From assembly GCF_003334255.1 (NCBI RefSeq), contig NZ_QOWU01000003.1: DNA of 64,000 bases; one strand, written 5' to 3'. The notes under the pieces were generated by a model. The model worked only from the letters and a program-made list of their open reading frames with translations, was not told the origin of the DNA and ran no database searches. Positions 1-12,925 of the stretch are shown here, piece after piece. The first letter of the stretch is position 1, and every line of letters starts with the position of its first letter. This DNA comes from Escherichia coli. GTDB taxonomy: Bacteria; Pseudomonadota; Gammaproteobacteria; Enterobacterales; Enterobacteriaceae. The position numbers were made by a program, and so were the translations under genes.

Positions 1-91
1 GCGGTGATGGGGCGTTTATTCGTGACGAGGCTAACATTACGCTGGTTGCCGATTCCCCACTGCGCGCTTTGCTGATAGATTTGCCTGTCTA
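1..91 (+). CDS. yhaK: 3' end of pirin-like protein gene (partial, 5' end outside window)
   Basis: Frame starting at nt 3 reads ...SPLRALLIDLPV then TAG at 89-91; position immediately upstream of yhaL matches K-12 synteny. Only 29 codons visible. Confidence 0.45.
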
Positions 92-114
92 GTTGTTTTT
101 ACAGGGAGATGATG

Positions 115-279
115 ATGAGTAAAAAATTGGCCAAAAAGCGCCAGCCGGTGAAGCCCGTGGTGGCGAAAGAACCTGCTCGCACCGCCAAAAATTTTGGCTA
201 TGAAGAGATGTTGAGCGAGCTGGAAGCTATCGTCGCGGATGCTGAAACGCGTTTAGCCGAGGATGAAGCTACCGCGTAA
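115..279 (+). CDS. yhaL: small conserved protein YhaL (54 aa)
   Basis: ATG at 115 (two further in-frame ATGs at 109 and 112), reads MSKKLAKKRQPVKPVVAKEPARTAKNFGYEEMLSELEAIVADAETRLAEDEATA, TAA at 277-279. Not in the supplied ORF track (short). Synteny next to yhaM/cyuA. Confidence 0.6.
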   Translation: MSKKLAKKRQPVKPVVAKEPARTAKNFGYEEMLSELEAIVADAETRLAEDEATA

Positions 280-285
280 AGACAG

Positions 286-402
286 GTTGCCGGATGCGGC
301 GAAAACGCCTTATCCGGCCTACAAAATCCAACAACATTAACGAATTAAACAACCCGTAGGCCGGACAAGATGCGCCAGCATCGCATCCGGCACGATCCCC
401 AA
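286..402. repeat. REP (repetitive extragenic palindromic) elements, two units
   Basis: gccggatgcggcg...cgccttatccggcctac and gtaggccggacaag...gcatccggcacg; typical REP consensus in convergent intergenic space between yhaL and cyuA. Confidence 0.6.
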
Positions 403-412
403 AACCTGGCGT

Positions 413-1723
413 TTATCTGGCCTTGCTCGCCATAATCTCGATAATCTGCCGATCCGTTTGCTGCATCGAATGGCTTGCTAACGCACACAGGTTGGCAATC
501 GACTGCTCAACATCATGCGCCACAATCCCTTCATTGCCGGTCACGGCGGTATCATCCAGCGCCATTAACACCGCTTTCCACGCAGCCGAAGCACTGGTCG
601 AAACCTTCATCGCGCAGCTGTTCGACGCACCATCGCAAATCATGCCGCTGACATCGCCGATCATACTGCTGATCGCCATCGAGATGGTTTCATAACGCCC
701 ATCCACCAGCCATGCCATCCCGGCGGCGGCCCCCATTGCTGCGGTCGTTGCGGCACACAGCGCAGACAAACGCGGTAACTGGTTATGGATGTAAATTGCG
801 CTCAAATGCGAAAGCATCAGCGCACGCGCCAGCCGTTCATCATCCGCTCCGAAGTGTTCTGCTACCACCACCACAGGCATTGTTGCGGTAATCCCCTGGT
901 TACCCGAGCCGGAGTTACTCATAGCCGGAAGCGTAGCGCCGCCCATACGCGCATCGGATGCCGCGCTGGTACGAATCACAATGGATGAAGAGAGATCTTT
1001 CGCCAGCAAACCGCGCTCGCACTGTTTTTCCAGCGTCGCGCCAATATGCAGCCCCCACTTACCGCTCAAACCTTCCTGCGATAACGCACAATTTAGCTTC
1101 GCGGAATCGAGAATAAAGCGGATCGCCGCAAACGGGACTTCATTGACGAACTTCAGGATCTCAGCCAGCGTCGTTCTGGAAAGCACCGTCAGCGGAGACT
1201 CTTGCTCGCCCTCTGCCACACACGCCTGCTGGGTAAACACCACACCATCGTGCGTCTCGATATGCACAATGTTGGTATGCCCGCCGACGATGGTGACACA
1301 CGCCCACTTCTCACCGTTCCAGACTTTGGCGCGTGAGAAGAGGATTTCATCGCAAGGTTCCTGGATCTTAACGGAGACTTTCCCCGCCGCCAGCAGTGCT
1401 TTGGCATCGGCAATTGCCTGCGCTGTTGCGTCTTTCAGCACTTCCAGCCCGGCGTTGGCATTTCCACCTAACGCCCCCAGCGCCGCCGCAATCGGCAGCC
1501 CCACCATTCCCGTGCCGGGAACGGTGACGCCCAGACCGTTCTTCATCAGATTTGGCGAAACCCAGGCTTCTACACGTTCAACCGGACCTTCCAGTTCTGC
1601 CGCAGCAACCGCCGCCGCCAGCGCCAGTGAAATCGGTTCAGTACATCCCAGCGCCGGTTTTACTTCCTCCTGAACGGCGAGGATGTAACGCTGCCATAAC
1701 GGATTTAAAGTCGAATCAAACAT
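413..1723 (-). CDS. cyuA: L-cysteine desulfidase CyuA (YhaM), serine dehydratase-like family, 436 aa
   Basis: Supplied ORF translation [38 protein letters not shown]...; length and synteny with yhaO match K-12 yhaM. Confidence 0.9.
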   Translation of the reverse strand: MFDSTLNPLWQRYILAVQEEVKPALGCTEPISLALAAAVAAAELEGPVERVEAWVSPNLMKNGLGVTVPGTGMVGLPIAAALGALGGNANAGLEVLKDATAQAIADAKALLAAGKVSVKIQEPCDEILFSRAKVWNGEKWACVTIVGGHTNIVHIETHDGVVFTQQACVAEGEQESPLTVLSRTTLAEILKFVNEVPFAAIRFILDSAKLNCALSQEGLSGKWGLHIGATLEKQCERGLLAKDLSSSIVIRTSAASDARMGGATLPAMSNSGSGNQGITATMPVVVVAEHFGADDERLARALMLSHLSAIYIHNQLPRLSALCAATTAAMGAAAGMAWLVDGRYETISMAISSMIGDVSGMICDGASNSCAMKVSTSASAAWKAVLMALDDTAVTGNEGIVAHDVEQSIANLCALASHSMQQTDRQIIEIMASKAR

Positions 1724-1750
1724 ATTAAAAACCTTAAAATTTCAGGTAAA

Positions 1751-3082
1751 TCAAGAAAATGCCAGGAACGGAGAAACACACAGCAACAAACCAGTGACGA
1801 TAATCAGGTACAGAGACATCCCTTTGTATTTGTGCAATGCTGGTACTTTGTAAACCAGCCACGCCGGGATCAGGCACCCTACCATGCCGAAAATCGGGCT
1901 ACAGATAGAGGTGAAGCTCAACACCGGTGCGTTCAGTACGATGGCGCTCCAGGCCAGCAAAATGGCGAAAATCATGATGCCGCGCTGAACGAGATTTTCG
2001 TTAATCTTCTCGGCAGGCATCTTGCGACGCAGGATGTTCATTACGATCCCTTGCGTTGCTTCGCGAAAGCCTAAATAGACGCCAAAGAATGCAGTCATGA
2101 CAGCAAAGATATTGAGAATGACGCTGACCACTTTCACCCACGCTGCGCCGTCACCGCTAATAAACTGTGCGGCAATCGCCAGCGCGGAAATATTCTGCTC
2201 ATAGGCTTTTACCGCTTCGTCATGTCCCATCGCCAGCGTGAACGACACGGCGTAGAAAAAGACGGTGACAAACAAAATGCCAAACGCGATATTCATTGCC
2301 CGCAATGCTTTATGCCGCGCCACTTCAATTGATTTTTCCCGCGAGCGATAAGAGATCACCATCGGACTTAACGTCTGGATAAACAGAATCGACGTCAGGG
2401 TAAACGGCAGCGTAATAATGGCGTTTTTCACCAGCAGCCCCAGCGGCGGTAGCGAACCGACGTTATACAGATGCCACATTCCCACCATCGACACGCCCAG
2501 CGCCGCGACCACCAGCAGCTTGGTCAGCACCATGCCGGTCGAAATTTTGAATAACAATTTCTCGCCGCGTGAGGAGATCGCCACCAGAATGCAAATCAGT
2601 ACCAGACCATAAAAGGGACTGTCTGACAGCAACCCTTCCGTCACGCCGAAGGTATGCAGGTAGGAAGCACTATCGTTGGTGATGGCGGTGGAATAGACGA
2701 ACATCCAAATCACCAGCATTACGAAATAGAGCGCACCTAACAGGATGCCCCAGTTTTTACCTAAATAACCGCTAATGACGCTCGGGTAATCTTTACATTC
2801 TGGTGATTCTGCCAGCGTATTAATAAACAATCGCTGAAACAGATACATTGCCGGGTAACCAATCACCGATGAGAGCAAAAATACCCACAATCCCATCAAA
2901 CCGACCTGCACCGGGAGAAAAACAATCCCCGCGCCAATCGCCATCCCGATACTCATAATCACCCAGCCGGTGTCAGTACTGTCGAATTTGATCGCTTCTC
3001 GCCACTCGCTCTCACTCATTCCAGCACGACCCGCCGGGGTCGAAGCGTCTGCAATGACGCCTTTATTCGATGCAATTTCCAT
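1751..3082 (-). CDS. cyuP: cysteine/serine transporter CyuP (YhaO), HAAAP family permease, 443 aa
   Basis: ORF translation is a polytopic membrane protein with the conserved GAGIVFLP motif of the TdcC/SdaC family; operon partner of cyuA. Confidence 0.9.
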   Translation of the reverse strand: MEIASNKGVIADASTPAGRAGMSESEWREAIKFDSTDTGWVIMSIGMAIGAGIVFLPVQVGLMGLWVFLLSSVIGYPAMYLFQRLFINTLAESPECKDYPSVISGYLGKNWGILLGALYFVMLVIWMFVYSTAITNDSASYLHTFGVTEGLLSDSPFYGLVLICILVAISSRGEKLLFKISTGMVLTKLLVVAALGVSMVGMWHLYNVGSLPPLGLLVKNAIITLPFTLTSILFIQTLSPMVISYRSREKSIEVARHKALRAMNIAFGILFVTVFFYAVSFTLAMGHDEAVKAYEQNISALAIAAQFISGDGAAWVKVVSVILNIFAVMTAFFGVYLGFREATQGIVMNILRRKMPAEKINENLVQRGIMIFAILLAWSAIVLNAPVLSFTSICSPIFGMVGCLIPAWLVYKVPALHKYKGMSLYLIIVTGLLLCVSPFLAFS

Positions 3083-3306
3083 AATTTCTCGCTCAATATT
3101 TTGTAGGGCTTATTATTTTTTTCCGAGCCGCATCAAGGCGATATGCGGTCTACGTTTTTGCAGGCGAGTTATTAGAATAAAGAAATGATACGCGCGAGGT
3201 CAGAGAAAATCTTCACAATCAAGACTTTGAAATAACGGAGATGGATAAGAATTTTCTACTAAATTAATCGCAGGAGAATATTCATTCTCTATTTGCGGCA
3301 GATCAC

Positions 3307-3332
3307 AAAAAAAAGGTGCACATTTGTGCACC
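3307..3332 (-). terminator. rho-independent terminator downstream of tdcG
   Basis: Minus strand reads ggtgcacaaatgtgcacc (8-bp arm inverted repeat) followed by a T-run (plus strand A-run 3307-3314). A second small hairpin gctgaca-gcaa-tgtcagc lies at about 3344-3361 next to the tdcG stop. Confidence 0.55.
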
Positions 3333-3356
3333 CAAGGATGAAAGCTGACAGCAATG

Positions 3357-4721
3357 TCAGCCGCAGACCACTTTAATGGCCAGTCCTCCGCGTGATGTTT
3401 CGCGGTATTTATCGTTCATATCTTTGCCGGTTTCATACATCGTCTCGATCACTTTATCGAGTGAAACACGCGGTGCCGAGGTGCGGCGCATCGCCATCCG
3501 CGCGGCGTTTACTGCTTTCACGGCATTAATGGCATTACGTTCAATGCACGGGATTTGTACCTGTCCGGCAACCGGATCGCAGGTCAGCCCAAGGTTATGC
3601 TCCATCGCGATTTCCGCCGCATTGCATACCTGCGCCGGACTGCCGCCCAGTAGTTCAGTTAACCCTGCCGCCGCCATTGAACAGGCCACGCCAATCTCCC
3701 CCTGACAGCCGACTTCCGCGCCAGAGATGGAGGCGTTCATTTTATACAGCGCGCCAATAGCCCCCGCGGCCAGAAAATAGCGGGCAATTGACCGCTCGTT
3801 TACCGGACGACGGAACTTATCGTAATAAGCCAGTACTGCCGGAATAATGCCGCACGCACCGTTAGTCGGTGCCGTTACCACGCGCCCGCCAGCTGCGTTT
3901 TCTTCACTAACCGCCAGCGCGTACATGTTGATCCAGTCGATGACATTCATCGGATCGTTAGAGATGTTATCGCTGGAAACCAGCTGACGACGCAGCGCTA
4001 CGGCACGGCGCGGCACATTGAGCGGACCAGGCAGCACGCCTTCAGTGTTCATCCCACGTTCAATACCGTCATGCATCACTTGCCAGATACGGGCAAAACC
4101 GGCGTCAATTTCCGCTTTGCTGCGCAGCGCTAGCTCGTTGTGCATCATCAGACCAGATATAGACAGGCCGTTGTAATCACACATTTTCAGCAGTTCACCT
4201 GCTGAGTGGAAATCGTAAGGTACGGACGTTTCGACATCGTGCGACAGGCCGAAGTGTTCTTCTTCGACAATAAACCCGCCGCCGACAGAGTAATAGGTTT
4301 TACTTAATAGCTCTTCCTGTCCCTTCCAGGCAGTGATCCGCATTCCGTTCTCATGGCGAGGCAACATTTCGGGATGGAAGATAATGTTCTTTGCTACAGG
4401 AAAATCAACAATATGCGCACCAGATGCCACTGGCAGCCGCCCGCTGCGCGTTACTAACTCTATAAATGCAGGGATCTCATCAATGACAACATCCTGCGGA
4501 CTGTTTCCTGCCAGTCCCATGATGATGGCGACATCCGTGGCATGGCCTTTGCCCGTCAGTGACAACGACCCGTACAGATCGACCACAATATGGCTCGTCG
4601 CGGTTAATAAGCCGCTACTTTCCAGCCGATCAATAAAACTTTTTCCGGCATTCATTGGCCCCACGGTATGCGAACTGGAGGGACCAATCCCAATTTTGAA
4701 AATATCGAATGCACTAATCAT
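3357..4721 (-). CDS. tdcG: L-serine dehydratase TdcG, 454 aa
   Basis: ORF contains [23 protein letters not shown]..., the Fe-S L-serine dehydratase signature; ATG (cat on plus) at 4719-4721 gives 454 aa; the track ORF begins 2 codons upstream at a GTG. Confidence 0.9.
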   Translation of the reverse strand: MISAFDIFKIGIGPSSSHTVGPMNAGKSFIDRLESSGLLTATSHIVVDLYGSLSLTGKGHATDVAIIMGLAGNSPQDVVIDEIPAFIELVTRSGRLPVASGAHIVDFPVAKNIIFHPEMLPRHENGMRITAWKGQEELLSKTYYSVGGGFIVEEEHFGLSHDVETSVPYDFHSAGELLKMCDYNGLSISGLMMHNELALRSKAEIDAGFARIWQVMHDGIERGMNTEGVLPGPLNVPRRAVALRRQLVSSDNISNDPMNVIDWINMYALAVSEENAAGGRVVTAPTNGACGIIPAVLAYYDKFRRPVNERSIARYFLAAGAIGALYKMNASISGAEVGCQGEIGVACSMAAAGLTELLGGSPAQVCNAAEIAMEHNLGLTCDPVAGQVQIPCIERNAINAVKAVNAARMAMRRTSAPRVSLDKVIETMYETGKDMNDKYRETSRGGLAIKVVCG

Positions 4722-4792
4722 ATCCACACCCTCGGATTGCCGTTCAGTGAAGTGGAGCGGAACGACCTTACGACCGTCCCGCTCACGAGGCT

Positions 4793-5182
4793 TTACGCAC
4801 TACGTACTGCGATGGCTTCAATTTCCAGCTTCACATCTTTCGGCAAACGCGCGACCTGCACACAGCTCCGGGTCGGATAGGTCGCCTGATGCTCATCGAA
4901 GAACTGCTTATAGACTTCGTTGATGGTGGCAAAATCATTCAGATCGGTGATAAACACGGTCATCTTGATGATATCGCCCACGCTCAGCCCGGCAGCAACC
5001 ACGATCGCTTTGACGTTTTCGAGGCTTAAACGCGCCTGATCTTGCACATCAGCCGGGATCTCACCGGTCTGTGGGCAAACCGGTATTTGCCCGGAGGTGA
5101 AGACCATGCTGCCTAAATCAACGCCCTGAACATAAGGGCCGATTGCGCCTGGGGCACGTTGCGTTTCGATAATCTTTTTCAT
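4793..5182 (-). CDS. tdcF: RidA-family enamine/imine deaminase TdcF, 129 aa
   Basis: MKKIIETQRAPGAIGPY... (YjgF/RidA fold); ATG at 5180-5182 preceded by GGAGGA RBS; the longer track ORF (150 aa) is an upstream extension overlapping tdcE. Confidence 0.88.
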   Translation of the reverse strand: MKKIIETQRAPGAIGPYVQGVDLGSMVFTSGQIPVCPQTGEIPADVQDQARLSLENVKAIVVAAGLSVGDIIKMTVFITDLNDFATINEVYKQFFDEHQATYPTRSCVQVARLPKDVKLEIEAIAVRSA

Positions 5183-5195
5183 ACATCCTCCGGCG

Positions 5196-7490
5196 TCAGA
5201 GCGCCTGGGTAAAGGTACGTGAAATAACATCCTGTTGCTGTTCACGGGTCAGTGCGTTGAAGCGCACGGCGTAGCCAGAGACACGGATTGTCAGGTTAGG
5301 ATATTTTTCCGGGTGCTCGATGGCATCCAGCAGCATTTCCCGATTCATTACGTTGACGTTGAGGTGTTGACCGCCTTCGACATCCGCTTCGTGGTGGAAA
5401 TACCCATCCAGCAGGCCGACAAGGTTGGTTTTACGTACTGGATCTTCTTTGCCCAGCGCCGCAGGAACGATTGAGAAGGTGTACGAGATCCCATCTTTGG
5501 CGTAGGTGAACGGCAGTTTCGCCACCGACGTCAATGAGGCCACGGCACCTTTGCGGTCACGACCATGCATCGGGTTAGCGCCCGGCGCGAACGGTGTTCC
5601 GGCGCGACGACCGTCCGGCGTATTACCGGTTTTCTGGCCGTACACCACGTTAGAAGTGATAGTCAGAATCGACTGGGTAGGGACGGCGTTGCGATAGGTT
5701 GGCAGCGCTTTAATTTTCTTCATAAAGCGTTCAACCAGGTCGCAGGCAATGCTGTCTACGCGCTCGTCGTTGTTGCCGTACTGCGGATATTCACCGTCGA
5801 TTTCAAAGTCCACCGCCAGGCCGTTTTCGTCACGGATTGGTTTCACGCGGGCATATTTGATGGCAGACAGGGAGTCCGTCGCCACCGACAGGCCCGCGAT
5901 GCCGCATGCCATAGTGCGATAGACATCACGATCGTGCAGCGCCATCAGCGAAGCTTCGTAGCTGTACTTGTCGTGCATGTAGTGAATGATATTCAGCGCG
6001 CTGATGTACTGCACCGCCAGCCAGTCCATGAAGTGATCGAGGCTGTCCATCACTTTGTCGTAATCCAGCACGTCGTCCATCAGCGGTGCTGTTTTCGGCC
6101 CGACCTGAATCTTCAGCTTCTCGTCCACCCCGCCGTTAATTGCGTAGAGCAGCGTTTTCGCCAGGTTAGCGCGTGCACCAAAGAACTGCATTTGCTTACC
6201 AATCACCATTGGGCTGACGCAGCAGGCAATCGCGTAATCGTCGCTGTTGAAGTCAGTACGCATCAGATCGTCATTTTCATACTGCAAGGAAGAGGTGACG
6301 ATCGACACCTGCGCGGCATATTTTTTGAAGGCAATCGGTAATTCCTCCGACCAAAGAATGGTCAGGTTAGGTTCCGGTGCCGGCCCCATAGTGTGCAGGG
6401 TGTGCAAATAGCGGAAGGAGTTTTTGGTCACCAGCGTACGACCGTCCAGCCCCATCCCGCCGATCACTTCCGTCGCCCAGATTGGGTCGCCGGAGAACAG
6501 CGAATCAAATTCCGGTGTACGCAGGAAGCGTACCATACGGATCTTCATGATGAAGTGATCGATCAGTTCCTGTGCCTGCTGCTCATTGAGTACGCCAGCT
6601 TTAAAGTCGCGCTCAATGTAGATATCGAGGAACGATGCCGTGCGGCCCAGCGACATCGCGCCGCCATTTTGCGATTTCACTGCCGCCAGATAAGCGAAGT
6701 AGAGCCACTGCACCGCTTCCTGCGCATTCTGCGCCGGGCGAGAGATATCAAAGCCATATTTCGCCGCCATTTCCTGAATCTGCAACAGCGCATGACGATG
6801 CTCTGCCAGCTCCTCACGCAGACGGATGGTGGCTTCCAGATCCTCGCCTTTTTCCAGACGAGACTGGAGATCGGCAAATTGCAGTTCGCGTTCACGTACC
6901 AGATAACTGATGCCATACAGCGCTACGCGGCGATAGTCACCGATAATGCGCCCACGGCCATAGCCATCTGGTAAACCGGTCAGCACGCCAGATTTACGGC
7001 AGCGCAGCATATCCGGTGAGTAAACATCAAATACGCCCTGGTTATGGGTTTTACGCAGATCGGTAAACAGATATTCAAATTCACTGTCCATTTCTCGGCC
7101 ATAGGCGTGGAATGAACTTTTAATCATATTAATGCCACCGAACGGGTGTAGCGCACGTTTCAACGGCGCATCCGTTTGCAGGCCAACAATTTTTTCCAGC
7201 GGCTGGTTAATATATCCCGCATCATGAGCGGTAATTGTGGTGGCAATATTGGTATCGAAATCAACCGGCGCGTGGGTTGCATTTTCGATACGGATGCCTT
7301 CCATTACTTTTTCCCACAATTCCGTGGTGGCAGGCGTCGCTTCGGCGAGGAAAGATTCATCGCCTTCATACGGTGTATAGTTATGTTGAATAAAATCGCG
7401 GACATTAATTTCGTTTTTCCAGTCCGTACCTTTAAAGCCAAGCCATGCGTCGGCGTACAGCTTATCGCTGGTATCAATATCTACCTTCAT
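5196..7490 (-). CDS. tdcE: 2-ketobutyrate/pyruvate formate-lyase TdcE (glycyl radical enzyme), 764 aa
   Basis: PFL-family translation with C-terminal glycyl radical motif RVSGYAVRF; length and synteny match tdcE. Confidence 0.93.
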   Translation of the reverse strand: MKVDIDTSDKLYADAWLGFKGTDWKNEINVRDFIQHNYTPYEGDESFLAEATPATTELWEKVMEGIRIENATHAPVDFDTNIATTITAHDAGYINQPLEKIVGLQTDAPLKRALHPFGGINMIKSSFHAYGREMDSEFEYLFTDLRKTHNQGVFDVYSPDMLRCRKSGVLTGLPDGYGRGRIIGDYRRVALYGISYLVRERELQFADLQSRLEKGEDLEATIRLREELAEHRHALLQIQEMAAKYGFDISRPAQNAQEAVQWLYFAYLAAVKSQNGGAMSLGRTASFLDIYIERDFKAGVLNEQQAQELIDHFIMKIRMVRFLRTPEFDSLFSGDPIWATEVIGGMGLDGRTLVTKNSFRYLHTLHTMGPAPEPNLTILWSEELPIAFKKYAAQVSIVTSSLQYENDDLMRTDFNSDDYAIACCVSPMVIGKQMQFFGARANLAKTLLYAINGGVDEKLKIQVGPKTAPLMDDVLDYDKVMDSLDHFMDWLAVQYISALNIIHYMHDKYSYEASLMALHDRDVYRTMACGIAGLSVATDSLSAIKYARVKPIRDENGLAVDFEIDGEYPQYGNNDERVDSIACDLVERFMKKIKALPTYRNAVPTQSILTITSNVVYGQKTGNTPDGRRAGTPFAPGANPMHGRDRKGAVASLTSVAKLPFTYAKDGISYTFSIVPAALGKEDPVRKTNLVGLLDGYFHHEADVEGGQHLNVNVMNREMLLDAIEHPEKYPNLTIRVSGYAVRFNALTREQQQDVISRTFTQAL

Positions 7491-7523
7491 GAAAAATAAT
7501 CTCTCTACAATACTTCAACTAAA

Positions 7524-8732
7524 TTATGCAAATTCTGCGGGCGCGTTAACTTTGCCTAAATGAATGGCATCCAAAGCAATCATTTTTTCTTCGTTAGTCG
7601 GAATAACGGCACAAATGACACGCGCATTTTCACTGGAAACAATTCGCTCACCACAGGAGTTAGAGCGATTATTCATTTCTGTATCAATCTCTAAGCCTAA
7701 TACAGCCAAATGTTCCATGACCAGACGACGAATTAAGCTTGAATTCTCTCCTATTCCGCCGGTGAATATAATTCCATCCAGGCGACGTAATGAAGCTGCG
7801 TGTCCGGCAATATGACGGGCAATTCGGTGAACAAAGGTTTTAATTGCCAGTTGCGCGCGTTCGTGACCTTCATGCCAGGCTTTTTCCAGAACACGTAAAT
7901 CCGAAGAAAGACCGGAAATACCTAATAATCCCGACTCTTTATTCACTACGCGTTCCAGGTCACCCAGGCTCTGGTTGGTTTGGCTGGCGACCCAGGACAT
8001 CGCACCAAAGTCGACATCGCCACTGCGGGTACCCATCATCAAGCCTTCCAGCGGCGTCATTCCCATTGAGGTATCAACACTCTGACCGTTGCGAACCGCG
8101 CAGATTGACGCGCCATTGCCAAGATGCGCCACAACCAGGCCGGAGTCATCTTCCGCCAGATTCAGCAGCGAATGTGCGCGCTGGGAAACATAGCGGTGCG
8201 ACGTGCCGTGGAAACCATAACGGCGTACACCTAACTCTTCATAATATTTCCACGGCAGGCCGTATAAATAAGCTTCCGGAGCCATCGTCTGGTGGAAACT
8301 GGTATCAAATACCGCCACCTGAGTTACGCCCGGAAATAATTGCTGCGCCGATTCAATACCACTTAAATTGGCGTAATTATGCAGGGGTGCCAGTGGAGAA
8401 ACGCGACGGATATTATCAATGACTTCATCGGTAATAATGGCGGACTCGGTAAAAATACTGCCGCCGTGAGCGATGCGGTGGCCAATTAAGGCCACACTGT
8501 CATTTAAATTCCGTTTTTCCAGTTCAAATGCAATTGCCTTCAATGCACCTTCGTAGCTGTGGTGAGCCAGCGGTGCTGGCTCTCCCCCATTTACGGATAA
8601 GAATGCATTTTCCGAGTTAATACCGTCGGCAATACCTGACATTAATACTTCACAGTCGCTGGCATCGAGCACGGAAAACTTAATCGAAGACGAACCACAG
8701 TTAATAACCAAAACAACCGGAAATTCATTCAT
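7524..8732 (-). CDS. tdcD: propionate/acetate kinase TdcD, 402 aa
   Basis: [23 protein letters not shown]... acetate kinase family; ATG at 8730-8732; the track ORF starts 4 codons upstream. Confidence 0.9.
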
Positions 8733-8757
8733 CTCTTTTCTCATCCTGAGTTACGGA

Positions 8758-10092
<1,335 letters not shown>

Positions 10093-10110
10093 CTATCCTC
10101 AACGAATTAA

Positions 10111-11100
10111 TTAAGCGTCAACGAAACCGGTGATTTGAGAGACGCGAGAAAGATCGATATTGCCGCCGGAAATAATACTGACGGTTTTTCTGTTTTGAAT
10201 ATATTGGTCTAATTTACCGCTTAATAATGCAGCACATGCCAGAGCGCCTGCGCCTTCGGTGACGACTTTATTGCGCTGAATTAAGGCAATCATACTGTTT
10301 CTGATTTCGTCTTCGCTGACCAGCACGATGTCATCGACTAATTCACGAACGATTTCGTAAGTTAAATTACCCGGGCGGGAGACATCACAACCATCCGCCA
10401 GGGTGCCGGTAGTTCGGTGCGTGGTTATTTCTCCGGAGTGGAAAGAAGCCGCCATGCCGTGAACGTTTTCAGACTGTACGCCAATAACACGAATGGTCGG
10501 GTTAATAGATTTAATTGCCACCGCAATACCAGCAATTAAACCGCCACCACCAATTGGCACAATCACGTTATCGACATCATAGAGATCTTCCATAATTTCC
10601 AGACCAATCGTTCCCTGGCCAGCAATCACTTTCGGATCATCGTAAGGTGGGATAAAAATACGGCCTTCCATTTCGACAATTTCGCTCACTTTAGCGATAG
10701 TGTCGTTGAAGTTATCACCATGCAGAACGACTTCTGCGGAGTAGTCGCACGTTGCCGCTACTTTGGATTTTGGCGCACCTTTTGGCATCACCACTTTACC
10801 GTCGATACCCAGCATCGCGCAGGAGAGGGAAACCCCTTGCGCATGGTTGCCCGCAGAACAGGCCACCACGCCTTTGCGTTTTTCCGCATCGGTCAGTGAA
10901 CTTAATTTATTAAATGCGCCACGAATTTTAAATGAACCCGTACGCTGCATATTTTCAAACTTCAGGAATATTTCACCTTTGCAACGTTCACTAAAATAGT
11001 TGGAGCGAGGCATGCCTGTTTTATAAATTCGCCCAGCCAGTCGTTGTTTCGCTTCAATAATGTCATCAATAGCAACCGGCAGATCGTATGTAATATGCAT
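10111..11100 (-). CDS. tdcB: catabolic threonine dehydratase TdcB (PLP-dependent), 329 aa
   Basis: [62 protein letters not shown]... with PLP lysine motif SFKIRG. Confidence 0.93.
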
Positions 11101-11198
11101 TATAAAACCTCTTCGCCTGAATTAAATATGTAGGTAACCGTAACCGACACCTGCAAGACAGACAGGTGGATTATTTATGTTTAAATAAAAACAAATAA

Positions 11199-12137
11199 CT
11201 AACCAACTTCTATTAATTGCCTTCGTCTACACCCATTATAAGATGAATACTCTTTGGCTAATTCCACCAAAACCGATGCTGCTTTTTTAATACGATAATT
11301 TTTCGACCATACCGCGGCATATTGTGCCACAGGTAATGTTTCTTCAACCGGAATAGTAATAAATTGATTAGAACCAAAAGGTGACGTCATATCACAAGGA
11401 ATTACAGTTAAGAAATCAGCATTGAGAACAAGATTATAAATTGTCACGACTGAGTCGGTTTTAACGATGTTTTCAATACTGATGCCATTTCTTTGTAACG
11501 TAGTAAGCAGTTCGCTGTAGTACCCCATATTAGTTTGTGGCAACACCCACTGTTCGTTCTTCAACGACTCCAGCGTGGTGGTGCCGGTGCATGTTCGGGA
11601 CTTACTGGCTACCAGCACAAACTCGGACTCGAACAGCGGCTCAACATGTAAATCCTGAAGCTTCATTTCTGCACTTAACGTACCAATCGCAAAATCCAGT
11701 CGACCGTCGCGGATTGCCGGTAAGAACGAAGACAGTTGCGCTTCATACATAGAAACCTGCGCTTTCGGGAACACCTCTTTGAACTTGTTGATCATCCCTG
11801 ACATAAAAGTAAAACCAATCAATGAAGGAAAACCAAATGAGACTTCCACCACCGCCTCAGAAGACATACCGCTTATCTCATTAACCATATTTTTCATTTC
11901 ACGGGTAATGGATTCGGAACGGGAGAGTAACAATTGACCGGCAGGTGTTAATGTTACACCGGTATTTTTCCGCACCACTAATTCCACACCAAAATAATCT
12001 TCAATATCGTTAATGATTTTACTGACGGCCGGTTGAGTTAACCCTAATTCTTTTGCAGCCGAGCCGATAGAACCACTTCTAATGACTTCCTGAAAGACTA
12101 CCAGGTGCTGCGTTTTCGGAAGAAGAATAGTGCTCAT
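11199..12137 (-). CDS. tdcA: LysR-type transcriptional activator TdcA, 312 aa
   Basis: N-terminal HTH ...GSIGSAAKELGLTQPAVSKIINDIE... typical of LTTRs; first gene of the tdc operon. Confidence 0.92.
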   Translation of the reverse strand: MSTILLPKTQHLVVFQEVIRSGSIGSAAKELGLTQPAVSKIINDIEDYFGVELVVRKNTGVTLTPAGQLLLSRSESITREMKNMVNEISGMSSEAVVEVSFGFPSLIGFTFMSGMINKFKEVFPKAQVSMYEAQLSSFLPAIRDGRLDFAIGTLSAEMKLQDLHVEPLFESEFVLVASKSRTCTGTTTLESLKNEQWVLPQTNMGYYSELLTTLQRNGISIENIVKTDSVVTIYNLVLNADFLTVIPCDMTSPFGSNQFITIPVEETLPVAQYAAVWSKNYRIKKAASVLVELAKEYSSYNGCRRRQLIEVG

Positions 12138-12200
12138 AACGACCTACGTTAATTACCTCATTGACGGCATGAAGTGTATCAAAATGAAATGAACAGGATA

Positions 12201-12216
12201 TGTGCGACCACTCACA
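12201..12216. promoter_or_regulatory. candidate CRP binding site in the tdc promoter region
   Basis: TGTGCgaccacTCACA matches CRP consensus TGTGA-N6-TCACA at 9 of 10 half-site positions; lies about 65-80 bp upstream of the tdcA start in an AT-rich region. The tdc operon is known to be CRP-dependent. Confidence 0.55.
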
Positions 12217-12451
12217 AATTAACTTTCAATACTTTCCAGAGTATCGTTATTACAATTAAATACCTTTAAATATCAACAAGTTAAAGTATAAAAATCAGCA
12301 TAAACCCTGATTTTTGTCAAAAAAAATGACGGGGATAACCATATTTTATGGCGATAACATCATTCGTTATGTGGTTAATACAAAAAAGGGGCTGAGACCA
12401 TATTTCAAGCAATTACCGGATAATTACCAGGCAAAATTTGAGTTAAATTTA

Positions 12452-12670
12452 ATGAGCAAGTTCTCAAATTTTATTATAAATAAACCATTTTCAGTGATAA
12501 ATAATGCGGCATGTCACATTTTTTCACGCTATTTGTTGGAGAACAAACATTTATTTTATCAATATTTTAAAATTTCGAATACATGTATTGATCATCTCGA
12601 ACAATTGATTAACGTCAACTTTTTCTCTTCTGACAGGACGTCATTTTGTGAATGCAATCGTTTTCCATAA
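12452..12670 (+). CDS. tdcR: small regulator TdcR, 72 aa
   Basis: ATG at 12452 gives MSKFSNFIINKPFSVINNAACHIFSRYLLENKHLFYQYFKISNTCIDHLEQLINVNFFSSDRTSFCECNRFP; divergent from tdcA. The track ORF (118 aa from 12314) is a possible longer form. Confidence 0.7.
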   Translation: MSKFSNFIINKPFSVINNAACHIFSRYLLENKHLFYQYFKISNTCIDHLEQLINVNFFSSDRTSFCECNRFP

Positions 12671-12925
12671 ATTCTTCTCCCCTCATAGGCGACGAATAGC
12701 ATTTTGTGTTGAGGATCACAAAACGAATAATTGCTGATCGCCGCGATAAGGTCAGACAAAGACAACAAGGGAAATTTTCACAGAGCTTTTGATCGGCGTA
12801 GGCCACAGAATGTTGCTTCGTTTACTGTAACGCCGGGTAAATGAGCGTTTTTTGATAGTGCGAAAGAACCCTGCGAGGAAAATAAGCATCTATTATTGTT
12901 TGTCATGATGACAAGGCAGGCATCA

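Noticed and set aside
5565-6974. Plus-strand ORFs of 193-258 aa inside tdcE
   Set aside because: Antisense to the glycyl-radical enzyme gene; His/Arg/Val-rich low-complexity translations typical of shadow frames.
12314-12451. N-terminal extension of tdcR giving a 118-aa ORF
   Set aside because: The internal ATG at 12452 gives the 72-aa form I recall for TdcR; the upstream extension is in very AT-rich promoter DNA. Kept as an alternative in the feature evidence but not called.
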